Below are positions 9,646 to 19,420 of a stretch of 62,397 nt of DNA, piece by piece. The position numbers and the translations under genes were made by a program. Below the pieces are notes generated by a model. That model saw only the letters and a program-made list of their open reading frames with translations, was not told the DNA's origin and made no database searches. Every line of letters begins with the position of its first letter. The stretch's first letter is position 1. The DNA lies in assembly GCA_016933215.1 (NCBI GenBank), contig JAFGBH010000047.1:1-62397 (forward strand). Direction: 5' to 3'. The DNA is from Deltaproteobacteria bacterium (GTDB lineage: Bacteria > Desulfobacterota > Syntrophia > Syntrophales > UBA2210).

Positions 9646-10197
9646 ATGGATTTCCTCTCGATATTTCTTATCGCTCTTGGATTGGGAATGGATGCCTTTG
9701 CCGTGGCCATCGGTACGGGAGTGACCATCAGGAAGCTCTCTTTCGGCCCGGTGTTTCGTCTCTCCTTTCACTTCGGCTTCTTTCAGTTTCTGATGCCCGT
9801 TATCGGATGGTTGGCGGGAAGAACCGTATCTGGTTACATAGCGGAGTATGATCATTGGGTTGCCTTCGGACTGCTCCTTCTTGTAGGCTCTAAAATGATT
9901 TCCGATTCCTTTAGGGATGGTGAGGTTAAGCGGAGCGATCCAACCAGGGGGCTTACCCTTGTAATCCTATCGGTTGCAACGAGTATCGATGCACTTGCCG
10001 TAGGGCTTGGACTTGCTTTTTTGAATACGGGTATTCTCTATCCGAGTATCGTCATCGGGATAGTTGCCTTTGTGATGACGATTGTCGGCATGGTCTTTGC
10101 CCGTGGCCTTGGCAGGCTTTTGGGGAGGAAGGTGGAGATATTTGGCGGCATTCTACTGATTGGTATAGGGATAAAGATACTGGTCGAGCATCTTTGA
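9646..10197 (+). CDS. mntP: manganese efflux pump MntP family
   Basis: LGMDAFAV and ATSIDALAVG repeats. Confidence 0.9.
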   Translation: MDFLSIFLIALGLGMDAFAVAIGTGVTIRKLSFGPVFRLSFHFGFFQFLMPVIGWLAGRTVSGYIAEYDHWVAFGLLLLVGSKMISDSFRDGEVKRSDPTRGLTLVILSVATSIDALAVGLGLAFLNTGILYPSIVIGIVAFVMTIVGMVFARGLGRLLGRKVEIFGGILLIGIGIKILVEHL

Positions 10198-10283
10198 GGG
10201 AAAAATGAGGAGATTTTTATTGCTCACTTTCGGTAATTTTGCTTGGTAACAACTGTTCGATATAAAAGGGGAGGGGAATCGTT

Positions 10284-11933
10284 ATGAGTTTTGACGTCGA
10301 TTATTCGATATTTAGGGAGGTCTGGGAGGCGGAGTATACGCTGACCATGCAGCTTCGAAGAAATGTCCAGAAATGGCCCGATAAGGTTGCGATCATTGAT
10401 CCCGTACGGGAGGAAAGGCTGACCTTTGAAAAGTGGGATCAGCTTTCTAACAGGTTTGCAAACGCCCTTTTAGACTGTGGTGTGGAAAAGTACGACAGGG
10501 TCATGGGCAATTTCTTTAATACCTTTGAGTGGTTTGTTGCATGGATGGGGTCGGCAAAGGCGAGGTGTGTTTTCCCGTCCCTCAATTTCATGCTTCCCGA
10601 AGGGCAGCTCTGCACGTTGATTGATGACAGTGAACCGGCTGTCTTTATCTATGATGGTGAACTGAAGGGGGTCTGTCTCAAGGCTCTTGAACTGGCAGAG
10701 AAAAACCCCGGGATTTGCATCATGTGCGGAGGCGGAGAGGTTCCCGAGGGGCACCTGTCGTTTGGGGAATTTATTGACGGAAAATCGTCAGCACCTCCTG
10801 AGCGGCAAAGGGAGGTTCGGTGGCTCGATCCCGTTCTCGGCCTTTACACATCAGGAACGACGGGACTTCCCAAGGGGTTTACTCTCAATCACGCGATCAT
10901 ATTCTTTGATTGCATGATGAATGGGGCGCTGGAAAAGCTTGATGAACAGTGTGTCAATCTTGCCACCAATCCCCTCTTTCACAGGGGTGGAAACACGACG
11001 GGGGTAATTCCCACGCTTCATGCCGGGGGCTCGGTGGTGCTCATGAAGGCTTTCGACGAGGAACTGGCGCTTGATTATATAGAAAAATACGGGGTTACCC
11101 ACATGGTGAGCGCCCCTACCATATATGAACGTATGTGTGTAGCACAGGAGAAGAACATGAGGAACGTGAACAGCCTCAGGGCCATCGTTTCCATGGGAGC
11201 GCCCCTTGAAAAAGATTCATGTTTCAGAATGATGAAACTTCTCTGCCCCGGCGTTTATAATGGATACGGGACGGCCGACGGTCACTGGGTTACCATGCTG
11301 AGGCCTCATGAACTACCTGAGAGGGCAGGGACAATAGGAAGGGCCATTACGGAGGATACGATACGTCTCGTGAGAAGAGATCTGGATCGACGGGGGAACC
11401 CCGAAAATCCCGATGACCTGTGCCCCAAAGATGGAAAAACGGAGGGCGAGATTGCCCTGAGAGCGATGCATATGCCCTACGGGTATCTGAACCGTCCCGA
11501 GGATACGGCGAAGGCATTTCCGGTCAGAGGATGGTAGCTGCCCGGTGATACGGGCGTCTGGGATGAGGACGGGTACATCACCATCATGGGAAGGGTGGAT
11601 GACATGATTATTACCGGTGCGGAGAATGTGCACCCCGTCGTCGTTGAAGAGGCCCTCAAGGATCACCCCGACGTAGTCGATGTGTTTGTGACGGGAGCTC
11701 CCAGCAAAGAATGGGGCGAGCGGGTGGTGGCCTATGTGGCGACCGGCAATTCGAATCTCACCGGCAAAGATCTTGATGAATTCTGCAAGGGTCATCCGCG
11801 GCTTGCACGATATCAGAGACCACGACACTACATGATTGTAGGGCAGGATGAGCTCCCCTACAATCCCGCGGGCAAGAAGCTCCATTACGTTATCAAGGAA
11901 CGGGCACGGAAAGATTTCCCCGATTTACCCTGA
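10284..11933 (+). pseudogene. AMP-dependent acyl-CoA synthetase interrupted by an in-frame TAG at 11535-11537 (pseudogene or readthrough)
   Basis: YTSGTTGLPKG, YNGYGT, then GW*LPGDTG, GRVDDMIITGAENVHP and terminal NPAGKK all in one frame. Confidence 0.85.
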
Positions 11934-12000
11934 TTCAGAAGGTCTAAGTCTTTGTGCTCTGAGAATTAACGTGTCATTAAAATTGGGGAACTCAGACATT

Positions 12001-13896
12001 TTATTCGAAGTGGATCTGATTTTTCCCCTCTTTTTTCGACACGTACATATTGGCATCCACCCTCTTCAGGAATGTTGTTAGATCTTCGCCGGATTTATAC
12101 TCGGCAACGCCGATACTTACCGTTTTATGGGGTTTTTCTTTTTTATTGGGGCGGAATACCTCGTTTTCGAATTCCTGTCTGATTCTTTCCGCCAGGGTTG
12201 TGGCGGCGTCTCCATGCGTCTCGGGAAGGATTGCCGTGAACTCTTCACCCCCGAACCGATAGGCCGAGTCAGTCTTTCGAAGACACCGTCGAATTACCTC
12301 GCCCAGTCGTATGAGAACGGTATCCCCTTCGAGATGCCCGTAGGTGTCGTTATAGTGCTTGAAGTTGTCGATATCGAGGAGCAACAGCGAAAGGGGGTGA
12401 GAATATCGATTTGCCCTGTCTATTTCAGATCTTAACTGATTGTAGAAACGCCGTGAGTTATAGAGTTTCGTGAGGGCGTCAGTAATACTGAGCCTCCGGT
12501 ATCTCATTTCGCTATTCCTGAGCGCTTCCTCGGCGAGCTTGCGGTCGGTGATGTCTTCGAGTGTTTCGACGGCTCCGATAAGGAATCCACGAGAATCCCT
12601 CAGGGCTGCTGCGGTAAAGCGGAGCCATTTTCCATTCGTTCCGAGATCGGGGAAGAAGTCCGTTGCCTCATACGCATCTTCTATGAGTTTTGACTTGGTA
12701 TATTTACTTTCGTACCAGATTGGTATTTCATCGAGGCGCCTGTCCACAAGAAGATCGGCCATGCAGGGCCTTCTCTCATCGTAAAAGGCCCTCCAGTGCT
12801 GATCCGTTTCGATAACCTCTTCGGCAATAATCCCGCTCATTTCCTCCAGGGCCTTATTCCAGTATATGATCCTATGATCGGTATCGATGACAAAGGTGGG
12901 TATCGGCGAACCCTCAAGGATGGCCTTGAGTCTCTGCTCATTCTCTCGAAGGGCCTCTTCGGCGATTTTACGGTCCGTCACGTCTTCAAGGGTTTCAACT
13001 GCCCCAACCAACTTCCCCTTTGAGTCTCTGAGGATTGCGGCGGTAAAACGGAGCCACTTTCCGGAACTTCCGAGGTCGGGGAAGAAGTCCGTTGCCTCAT
13101 AGGCATCGTCGATCAGTGTCGATTTCGTATAATTGTCCCCATACCATGCGGGAAGATCTTCCAGGTAATTGTCCACAAGAAGATCGGCCATGCAGGGCCG
13201 TTCCTTCTCATAGAATGCCGTCCACTGCTTTTTCGTGCCGATTACGTCGTTGCCCTTTATTCCTGAAAGTTCTTCGAGCGCCCTGTTCCAGTACATTATT
13301 CTGTGATCTTCGCCGATAACGAAGGAGGGTATGGAGAAACCTTCCAGTGTCGACTTCAGTTTCTGCTCGCTTTCGAGCAGCGCATCCTGGGCAAGCTTTC
13401 TCTCGGTTTCATCCTCGAGTGTTTCGATGACACCGACAAGGTTTCCGTCGGAGTCTTTCAGTGCTGCGGCAGTAAAGCGAAGCCATTTTCCGTTCGTTCC
13501 GAGAGCGGGGAAAAAGTCCGTTGCCTCATAGGCATCGTCGATCAGTTTTGATTTGGTATACATGCCCTCGTACCAGTCATGAAGTTCGTCTAATCGGTTA
13601 TCCACGACAAGATCGGCCATGCAGGGCCGCTCCTCTTTATAGAACGCCATCCAGTACCTGTCTGTTCCCATGACGTCGTTGGCCTTGATGCCGCTCAACT
13701 CCTCCAGGGCCTTGTTCCAGAATATTATTCGGTGATCCGTTCCTATGACAAAAGCAGGGATGGGGGAGCCTTTGAGAATGATCCTGATTTTTTGTTCACT
13801 TACACGGCGATCCCTCTCGCTCGTTCTTCTCTCATCTAAGCCTTGAGACTGTTTTCCGGTCTCCTGGCTCTCCCTCTTATCGCCTCTCTTGGCCAT
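12001..13896 (-). CDS. diguanylate cyclase with three PAS domains
   Basis: DALT, DIDNFKHYNDTYGHLEGD, RKTD I-site, RFGGEEF; three PAS repeats. Confidence 0.93.
   Translation of the reverse strand: MAKRGDKRESQETGKQSQGLDERRTSERDRRVSEQKIRIILKGSPIPAFVIGTDHRIIFWNKALEELSGIKANDVMGTDRYWMAFYKEERPCMADLVVDNRLDELHDWYEGMYTKSKLIDDAYEATDFFPALGTNGKWLRFTAAALKDSDGNLVGVIETLEDETERKLAQDALLESEQKLKSTLEGFSIPSFVIGEDHRIMYWNRALEELSGIKGNDVIGTKKQWTAFYEKERPCMADLLVDNYLEDLPAWYGDNYTKSTLIDDAYEATDFFPDLGSSGKWLRFTAAILRDSKGKLVGAVETLEDVTDRKIAEEALRENEQRLKAILEGSPIPTFVIDTDHRIIYWNKALEEMSGIIAEEVIETDQHWRAFYDERRPCMADLLVDRRLDEIPIWYESKYTKSKLIEDAYEATDFFPDLGTNGKWLRFTAAALRDSRGFLIGAVETLEDITDRKLAEEALRNSEMRYRRLSITDALTKLYNSRRFYNQLRSEIDRANRYSHPLSLLLLDIDNFKHYNDTYGHLEGDTVLIRLGEVIRRCLRKTDSAYRFGGEEFTAILPETHGDAATTLAERIRQEFENEVFRPNKKEKPHKTVSIGVAEYKSGEDLTTFLKRVDANMYVSKKEGKNQIHFE
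12530..13800 (-). repeat. tandem triplication of PAS domain, 429-nt period
   Basis: GATCGGCCATGCAGGGCC at 12753, 13182 and 13611. Confidence 0.85.
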
Positions 13897-14387
13897 TTCT
13901 GTGCTTTCCTTTCGCGTTATATCTATGAGCGCCGCCTTCGAATTCTTTTACCGACTCTGATTCAGAAAGCGTGTCACACTTAGAAAAAAAAGGAGTGCCC
14001 TCGGGGCCTGCCGTTAAACCTTGTGTGGTTACCCGACAGTATGCCCCTCTCCCGTGACAGAACCTGGTATGAGCGCATTGAGTGATGACAGTAAAGTAAA
14101 TATGACTAATGATAAAGCAGTAACAAGAACACTTTTCCACTGTTTCTTTCTACGGGTCGTAACAAATATAGCAGAAAAAACAGACAAGTCAATAATGTCT
14201 GACGATATTTCAGGGTTGATTTTACGCCTACAAGTAGGCCGTAGAATGAATCAAACTTCTTCACGTTGATTTTTTTTCTTTAGTTATTATATTGAGACAA
14301 AACGAAATTGACGCAATGTAATCATCGTTGCAATGTCATTCTGTGAGGTCTGAAATGGGAGAGATCCTTAGAAATAAATCCACAATC

Positions 14388-14684
14388 ATGAGCAGACAGT
14401 GCAGGATCTGCGGTAAGGCCGAGGGTCAAGATGATGATTTACTGCTCAGTGATCTTGAAGATATGATCGATCTGACCGAAGAAGAAGAGGCTGCCTGGGA
14501 ATGGTATGCTGAAAAGATCGGCGAGCGAACACTTTCGGATGTCCTGAACTTCAGGGGAAGTTATACAAGGGAGGACTTAGTCCATACCTTCGTACTTTCC
14601 AATCTTGTTGAAAGAATCCTGGAGATTGAAACACTCTGCGAATCCTGTTACGTGAGAAATACGGAAGGAAGGGCACGTAACTGA
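14388..14684 (+). CDS. small acidic protein with terminal CxxC pairs (possible Zn binding)
   Basis: CRIC near the N-terminus, CESC near the C-terminus; start may be 14355. Confidence 0.6.
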   Translation: MSRQCRICGKAEGQDDDLLLSDLEDMIDLTEEEEAAWEWYAEKIGERTLSDVLNFRGSYTREDLVHTFVLSNLVERILEIETLCESCYVRNTEGRARN

Positions 14685-14701
14685 AAGATCAATGCTGACC
14701 A

Positions 14702-15919
14702 TCAATATCTGAAGAGGCCCTTTTCATATATTATCGTGCTTTTCCCCGATGCAAGGCGGGCGGTGACGGTTTTGTCTTCCGTATTTACGAGATCCCAGTG
14801 GAGGGCCGAATCGTTGAAGCCAAGCCTCCGCTTCATCTCTTTTGTGAGTTCCACGGCATTTCCCGCATAGGTATCCGAATACGAGGCCCCCAGTGCTATG
14901 TGACAGTTACCGTATCGACCTCCGAAGTTTTCATCGAAAAGGGTATCGGCCATAAATCTATCGATTCTCGAAAAACGCCTGTCGGTGAGAGAAAATTCGC
15001 CGATCCTGCTGGCTCCTCTATCCATGGAAAGCTGTTTTACGACAAAATCCTCACCCTTTTTTGCCTCTGTTCCTATGAGTCTCCCCTTTTCAAAGGTCAG
15101 AAGGACGTCTTCAACATAATTCCCGCTCCTGAAAGAGGGCTGATTTGCCCAAAAATGACCCTCCGTTCCCCTCCAGTCAGGGGAGGTAAATAGCTCGAAA
15201 CTGGGTATATTGTGACCCGAAATACCGATCCATTGTCTCATCTTCCCCGGTCTTATTGTGAGATCGCAGCCATCGGATTCTATGTGATAGTAAGAGACAT
15301 CCATGCTGTTTAACCATTTTTTTACGGCACCCGCCTGTTTGTAAACGGATTTCCATTCTGAAAGGGGATTTCTTCTGTCGAGGTAACAGGCCTTAACGAT
15401 CTGTTTTGTATATGTCGTAATGGAAAGACCCGCCTGTTTCGCGAGCTCTTCCGTCGGAAGGGTACAGAGGGTCCAGCCAAATTCTCCCGCTTCTTCTCTT
15501 TTTTCAAGTATTTCGCGAAGCGGTTTTCTCGAAAGTGCGGAAAGACCGATCTTATTCGGGTCTATCGTGCTCAGGTGCGTGAGTGATTCCGGTGCGTGGA
15601 GAAAGATGCTGCCATTCAGGCTTTCGCAGAGTTCCCTTTCTCCCGGCGTCTGGAATACCAGTTGCCTGCGACCAGCCTTTTTGTAGAAGTTTTCCTCCAT
15701 GGTGGAGGTGAGCCCCATTCGGGGGATGGCGTGCATTCCCATATCGAGGATCCTGGCCTGGAGGATCTCTGCAAGTCTCACTGCCGCGGGGTCGAAGCGG
15801 ATCAACACGATGTCATTTTTTCGGTATTTCTTTGCTCTCGCCGTTTTCAGGCCCCAGAGAAGCACATCGGCGTATCTCGCCAGATGTTTTTCCGTTAGAT
15901 GCATTTTCTTACCTGTCAT
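14702..15919 (-). CDS. aminopeptidase, M29 (AmpS/AmpT) family
   Basis: NIPSFE, GEF, LFDEN, HIALG, SALHWD. Confidence 0.88.
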   Translation of the reverse strand: MTGKKMHLTEKHLARYADVLLWGLKTARAKKYRKNDIVLIRFDPAAVRLAEILQARILDMGMHAIPRMGLTSTMEENFYKKAGRRQLVFQTPGERELCESLNGSIFLHAPESLTHLSTIDPNKIGLSALSRKPLREILEKREEAGEFGWTLCTLPTEELAKQAGLSITTYTKQIVKACYLDRRNPLSEWKSVYKQAGAVKKWLNSMDVSYYHIESDGCDLTIRPGKMRQWIGISGHNIPSFELFTSPDWRGTEGHFWANQPSFRSGNYVEDVLLTFEKGRLIGTEAKKGEDFVVKQLSMDRGASRIGEFSLTDRRFSRIDRFMADTLFDENFGGRYGNCHIALGASYSDTYAGNAVELTKEMKRRLGFNDSALHWDLVNTEDKTVTARLASGKSTIIYEKGLFRY

Positions 15920-15938
15920 GGTGTGAAAAGAAGAATTT

Positions 15939-16502
15939 TTATTCGTCAGCCTTGAACATGGCCTGGAAAAAAGCTTCCTTTTCCCTCGGGAAGTATATCG
16001 TTCTCCCCCGATCGACGATCAGTTTGCCGTCGAGGTGGTCGAACTCGTGCTGGACGACACGGGCGAGAAATCCGCTGTATCGCTTGTTTATCTTTTTCCC
16101 TTCCCTGTCATAGCCCTTTACCTTTATCGAGGTGGCCCTGACCACATCCACGCTGATATCGGGACATGAAAGACATCCTTCTTTCTGCAGTTCCTTGTCC
16201 CCTCTGTACTGTGTGATCTTGGGATTGACCAGCACCTCATAATCGTTTCCGTTCCGCTGAATCTGGGTATCCGCTGAAAAACCTCTGGTTCTGAAGACAA
16301 TGATCTTCTTGCTGATTCCTATCTGCGGTGCGGCGAGTCCCGCCGCATCGTCCCGCTCGAGAAAGGAGTTTACTACTATCATGATGTCCCGCTTTGCCTC
16401 TTCGTCAAAAGGTACGGGAACGTCATCGGCTACCCTTCTCAGGAGCCTGGTTTCATTCTCATTAATTTTTTCGTCTCTCCATAGTGCCCACGTTTTCGAC
16501 AT
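15939..16502 (-). CDS. def: peptide deformylase
   Basis: GLAAPQIG, EGCLS, QHEFDHLDG. Confidence 0.95.
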   Translation of the reverse strand: MSKTWALWRDEKINENETRLLRRVADDVPVPFDEEAKRDIMIVVNSFLERDDAAGLAAPQIGISKKIIVFRTRGFSADTQIQRNGNDYEVLVNPKITQYRGDKELQKEGCLSCPDISVDVVRATSIKVKGYDREGKKINKRYSGFLARVVQHEFDHLDGKLIVDRGRTIYFPREKEAFFQAMFKADE

Positions 16503-16752
16503 CGGTATCTCTCTCCTCTGTAGTTAAATTTTTATAACACCATAGAATGATTATTTCAATGATGTTCACACAAAGCAGAAATCTTGATAGTTGCCGAGTT
16601 ATCTGATAATGTCGGTCTCGGTCCGGATGCCCTGTACCGCCGGTTGGATTGGAGCTTCCAGAGGATTGCTTTGGAGAATCACCGGTCGGTATGGAGAAGC
16701 TGTGATTGAATATAATCACTCTGTAGTGGAAGGATAGCGAAGGGGAAAAGAC

Positions 16753-18000
16753 GTGATTGAAGAGTTGATTGCAAAAACGGCGAGACGGGAGTTTTCCCGT
16801 GCCATGCGGTTCGAAGAGGGAAGCGGAGCCCTGCTCCCCCGCGGTACCGAAGAAAGTGGCCGCCTGCTCTATCTGCATGTTCCCTTCTGTGAGAGCCTGT
16901 GTACATACTGTTCCTTCAACAGGGTTCTGTTTGATGAATCGCTTTGCAGACACTATTTTGCCGCCCTGAGAAAGGAGATGTCTCTCTACCGGGAGAAGGG
17001 GTACAACTTTCAGGGGATCTATGTTGGCGGCGGCACCCCCACGGTTCTCATGGATGAACTGGAGGAGACCCTGTCCCATGCCAGGGTAAGTTTTAAAATC
17101 AGGGAAATTTCCGTGGAGACCAATCCGAATCATCTTACCGGGGAAAACCTCGAGGTATTGCGGAGGGCCGGAGTAAACAGGCTTTCCGTAGGCATTCAGA
17201 GCTTCGATGACGGGCTGTTGAAGGCAATGGGTCGATATAACAGTTACGGGAGCGGAAGCGAGATCAGAGAAAGATTGATAAACGCAAAGGGATATTTTGA
17301 TACCCTGAATGCAGACATGATCTTTAATTTTCCCCTACAGACCGGGGAAACCCTTGAAAGGGATATTGATATTCTTAGAGAGACGGAGGTGGATCAGGTT
17401 ACCTATTATCCCCTCATGGTTTCGGATTCCACCCGGAGTGCCGTGGAGCGGACCCTGGGCAGGGTCGATTACACAAAGGAACGAGACTTTTATCGTCTGA
17501 TATCGGGGCGTCTGACCCCCCATTACCGTTTTTCCTCTGCCTGGTGTTTTTCCAGAAAGGACGCTATAATCGACGAGTATATCGTGGACTACGATGATTA
17601 CGCGGGCCTGGGGAGCGGTTCCATAGGGTATCTTGACGGCAGATGTTACGCCAATACATTTTATATACCGGAGTATATCGAACGTCTGGAAAGGGGAGAA
17701 CTGCCCCTTATGGCGTCACGCGACTTTTCTCTTCAGGATCGGATTCGCTACGATTTTGTCATGAAACTATTTGGGATGGATCTCTCCCTTGACTCTTTAG
17801 CAGAAAAATACGGCAGGCGAACGTTTGTATATCTGTTCCCCGATATTGCCGCCTTTCTTTGTGCCGGCGGTTTGCGTTATAGCGAGGGTGCTCTCCATCT
17901 AACGGGCCGCGGCAGGTATTACTGGGTAATAATGATGAGGGAGTTTTTTACTGCTGTCAACAATTTCAGAGACTTTTGTCTCAACGCCCGAGGAGTTTAG
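16753..18000 (+). CDS. HemN-like class C radical SAM enzyme, probably menaquinone methyltransferase (MenK/MqnK-like)
   Basis: YLHVPFCESLCTYCSF, GGGTP, QVTYYPLM, RFSSAWCFS. Confidence 0.75.
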   Translation: MIEELIAKTARREFSRAMRFEEGSGALLPRGTEESGRLLYLHVPFCESLCTYCSFNRVLFDESLCRHYFAALRKEMSLYREKGYNFQGIYVGGGTPTVLMDELEETLSHARVSFKIREISVETNPNHLTGENLEVLRRAGVNRLSVGIQSFDDGLLKAMGRYNSYGSGSEIRERLINAKGYFDTLNADMIFNFPLQTGETLERDIDILRETEVDQVTYYPLMVSDSTRSAVERTLGRVDYTKERDFYRLISGRLTPHYRFSSAWCFSRKDAIIDEYIVDYDDYAGLGSGSIGYLDGRCYANTFYIPEYIERLERGELPLMASRDFSLQDRIRYDFVMKLFGMDLSLDSLAEKYGRRTFVYLFPDIAAFLCAGGLRYSEGALHLTGRGRYYWVIMMREFFTAVNNFRDFCLNARGV

Positions 18001-18007
18001 CAGGGAC

Positions 18008-19420
18008 ATGGATGACAAACTCAAAGAATTCTTGAAGAATCTCCCCAAGATCGACGAGATACTTATCCTCCTGGAGAAGGATGGTGTTTCCGGAGAATTT
18101 CCGAGGAATGTGGTGGTGGGCACCTCGCGTTCCCTCGTTGGCGAGATGCGGGATGCCATCGTTGCATCAAAGGGGAAGACGCCCCGCCTCTTGTCTACGC
18201 AAAAGGCCGCAGAGGAGGTAAAAAAGAGGCTCCTGAAACTGCGTGAATTCAGCCTCAAGAAAGTGGTAAATGCGACAGGCATCATCCTTCATACCAACCT
18301 CGGGAGGGCTCCTCTCAGCGAAAGGGCCATAGAGCGGATCGTTGCGGTAAGCAGAGGGTATTCCAACCTCGAGTTTAACCTTGAAAAAGGCAAGCGGGGA
18401 ATTCGCTACGACCACGTCAGAAAGATTCTCTGTTCGATTTCCGGTGCCGAAGATGCCGTTATTGTCAATAATAACGCAGCCGCCGTGCTCCTCGTCCTCA
18501 ATACCCTCTCGAAAGAAAAAGAGGCCATCGTGTCGCGGGGTGAACTAATTGAAATAGGTGGAGAATTCAGGATACCCGAGGTGATGGAAAAAAGTGGAGC
18601 CATTCTGAGGGAAGTGGGGACTACCAACAGGACCCATCTTTCCGACTATGAAAATGCGATAGATACTACAACAGGCCTCATACTCAAGGTCCACACGAGC
18701 AACTTCAGAACCGTCGGTTTTACCGAGGAGATAGGGCTTTCCGAATTAGTTAAGATCGGTAACAAGAAAGGGATTCCCGTCGTAAATGATCTGGGGAGCG
18801 GATGTTTTGTCGCGCTCGAGAAGTATGGTTTCGAGCCGGAACCCACGGTACAGGAGGCACTGGCAACCGGTGTCGACGTGGTCACATTCAGCGGCGACAA
18901 ACTCCTCGGAGGCCCCCAGGCGGGAATCATTCTGGGAAGAAAGAAGGCCCTGGAAGCGATTGAAAAAAATCCCCTGAACAGGGCGCTCAGGATCGACAAA
19001 TTGACGCTTGCCGCCCTTGAGGCAACGGTGCAGGAGTATCTCAATATCGACGGCGCAATCAACAACATACGATCATTGCGGGCCCTGACTGAACAGCAAG
19101 GGGACGTGAAAAAGAGGGCGGAGAAACTGCTCTCCCTCGTAGAGAAGATCGCCCCCGAAGGGTTTTCTTTTAATCTGAAGGAAGGGATGTCCCTGGCCGG
19201 TGGCGGCTCACTCCCTACACAGGAGATTCCCACGGTCCTTCTGGCGGTCAACTCCGAGAGGATTTCGTCAGGGAGACTGGAAAAAAAGTTGCGGCTTCTC
19301 GAAGTTCCTATCATTTCGAGGATTTATGAGGACGAGATCCTTTTCGATCTCAGGACCATTGATGAAGATGAGTTCGGATTGATTGAGGCGGGACTGAAAA
19401 GCCTTAGCGAAGATATATAA
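18008..19420 (+). CDS. selA: L-seryl-tRNA(Sec) selenium transferase
   Basis: NATGIILHTNLGRA, EVGTTNRTH, FSGDKLLGGPQAG. Confidence 0.97.
   Translation: MDDKLKEFLKNLPKIDEILILLEKDGVSGEFPRNVVVGTSRSLVGEMRDAIVASKGKTPRLLSTQKAAEEVKKRLLKLREFSLKKVVNATGIILHTNLGRAPLSERAIERIVAVSRGYSNLEFNLEKGKRGIRYDHVRKILCSISGAEDAVIVNNNAAAVLLVLNTLSKEKEAIVSRGELIEIGGEFRIPEVMEKSGAILREVGTTNRTHLSDYENAIDTTTGLILKVHTSNFRTVGFTEEIGLSELVKIGNKKGIPVVNDLGSGCFVALEKYGFEPEPTVQEALATGVDVVTFSGDKLLGGPQAGIILGRKKALEAIEKNPLNRALRIDKLTLAALEATVQEYLNIDGAINNIRSLRALTEQQGDVKKRAEKLLSLVEKIAPEGFSFNLKEGMSLAGGGSLPTQEIPTVLLAVNSERISSGRLEKKLRLLEVPIISRIYEDEILFDLRTIDEDEFGLIEAGLKSLSEDI

Noticed and set aside
16500-19420. tRNA-Sec or selenoprotein genes near selA
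   Set aside because: No TCA-anticodon tRNA fold, and no gene seen whose homology continues past an in-frame TGA
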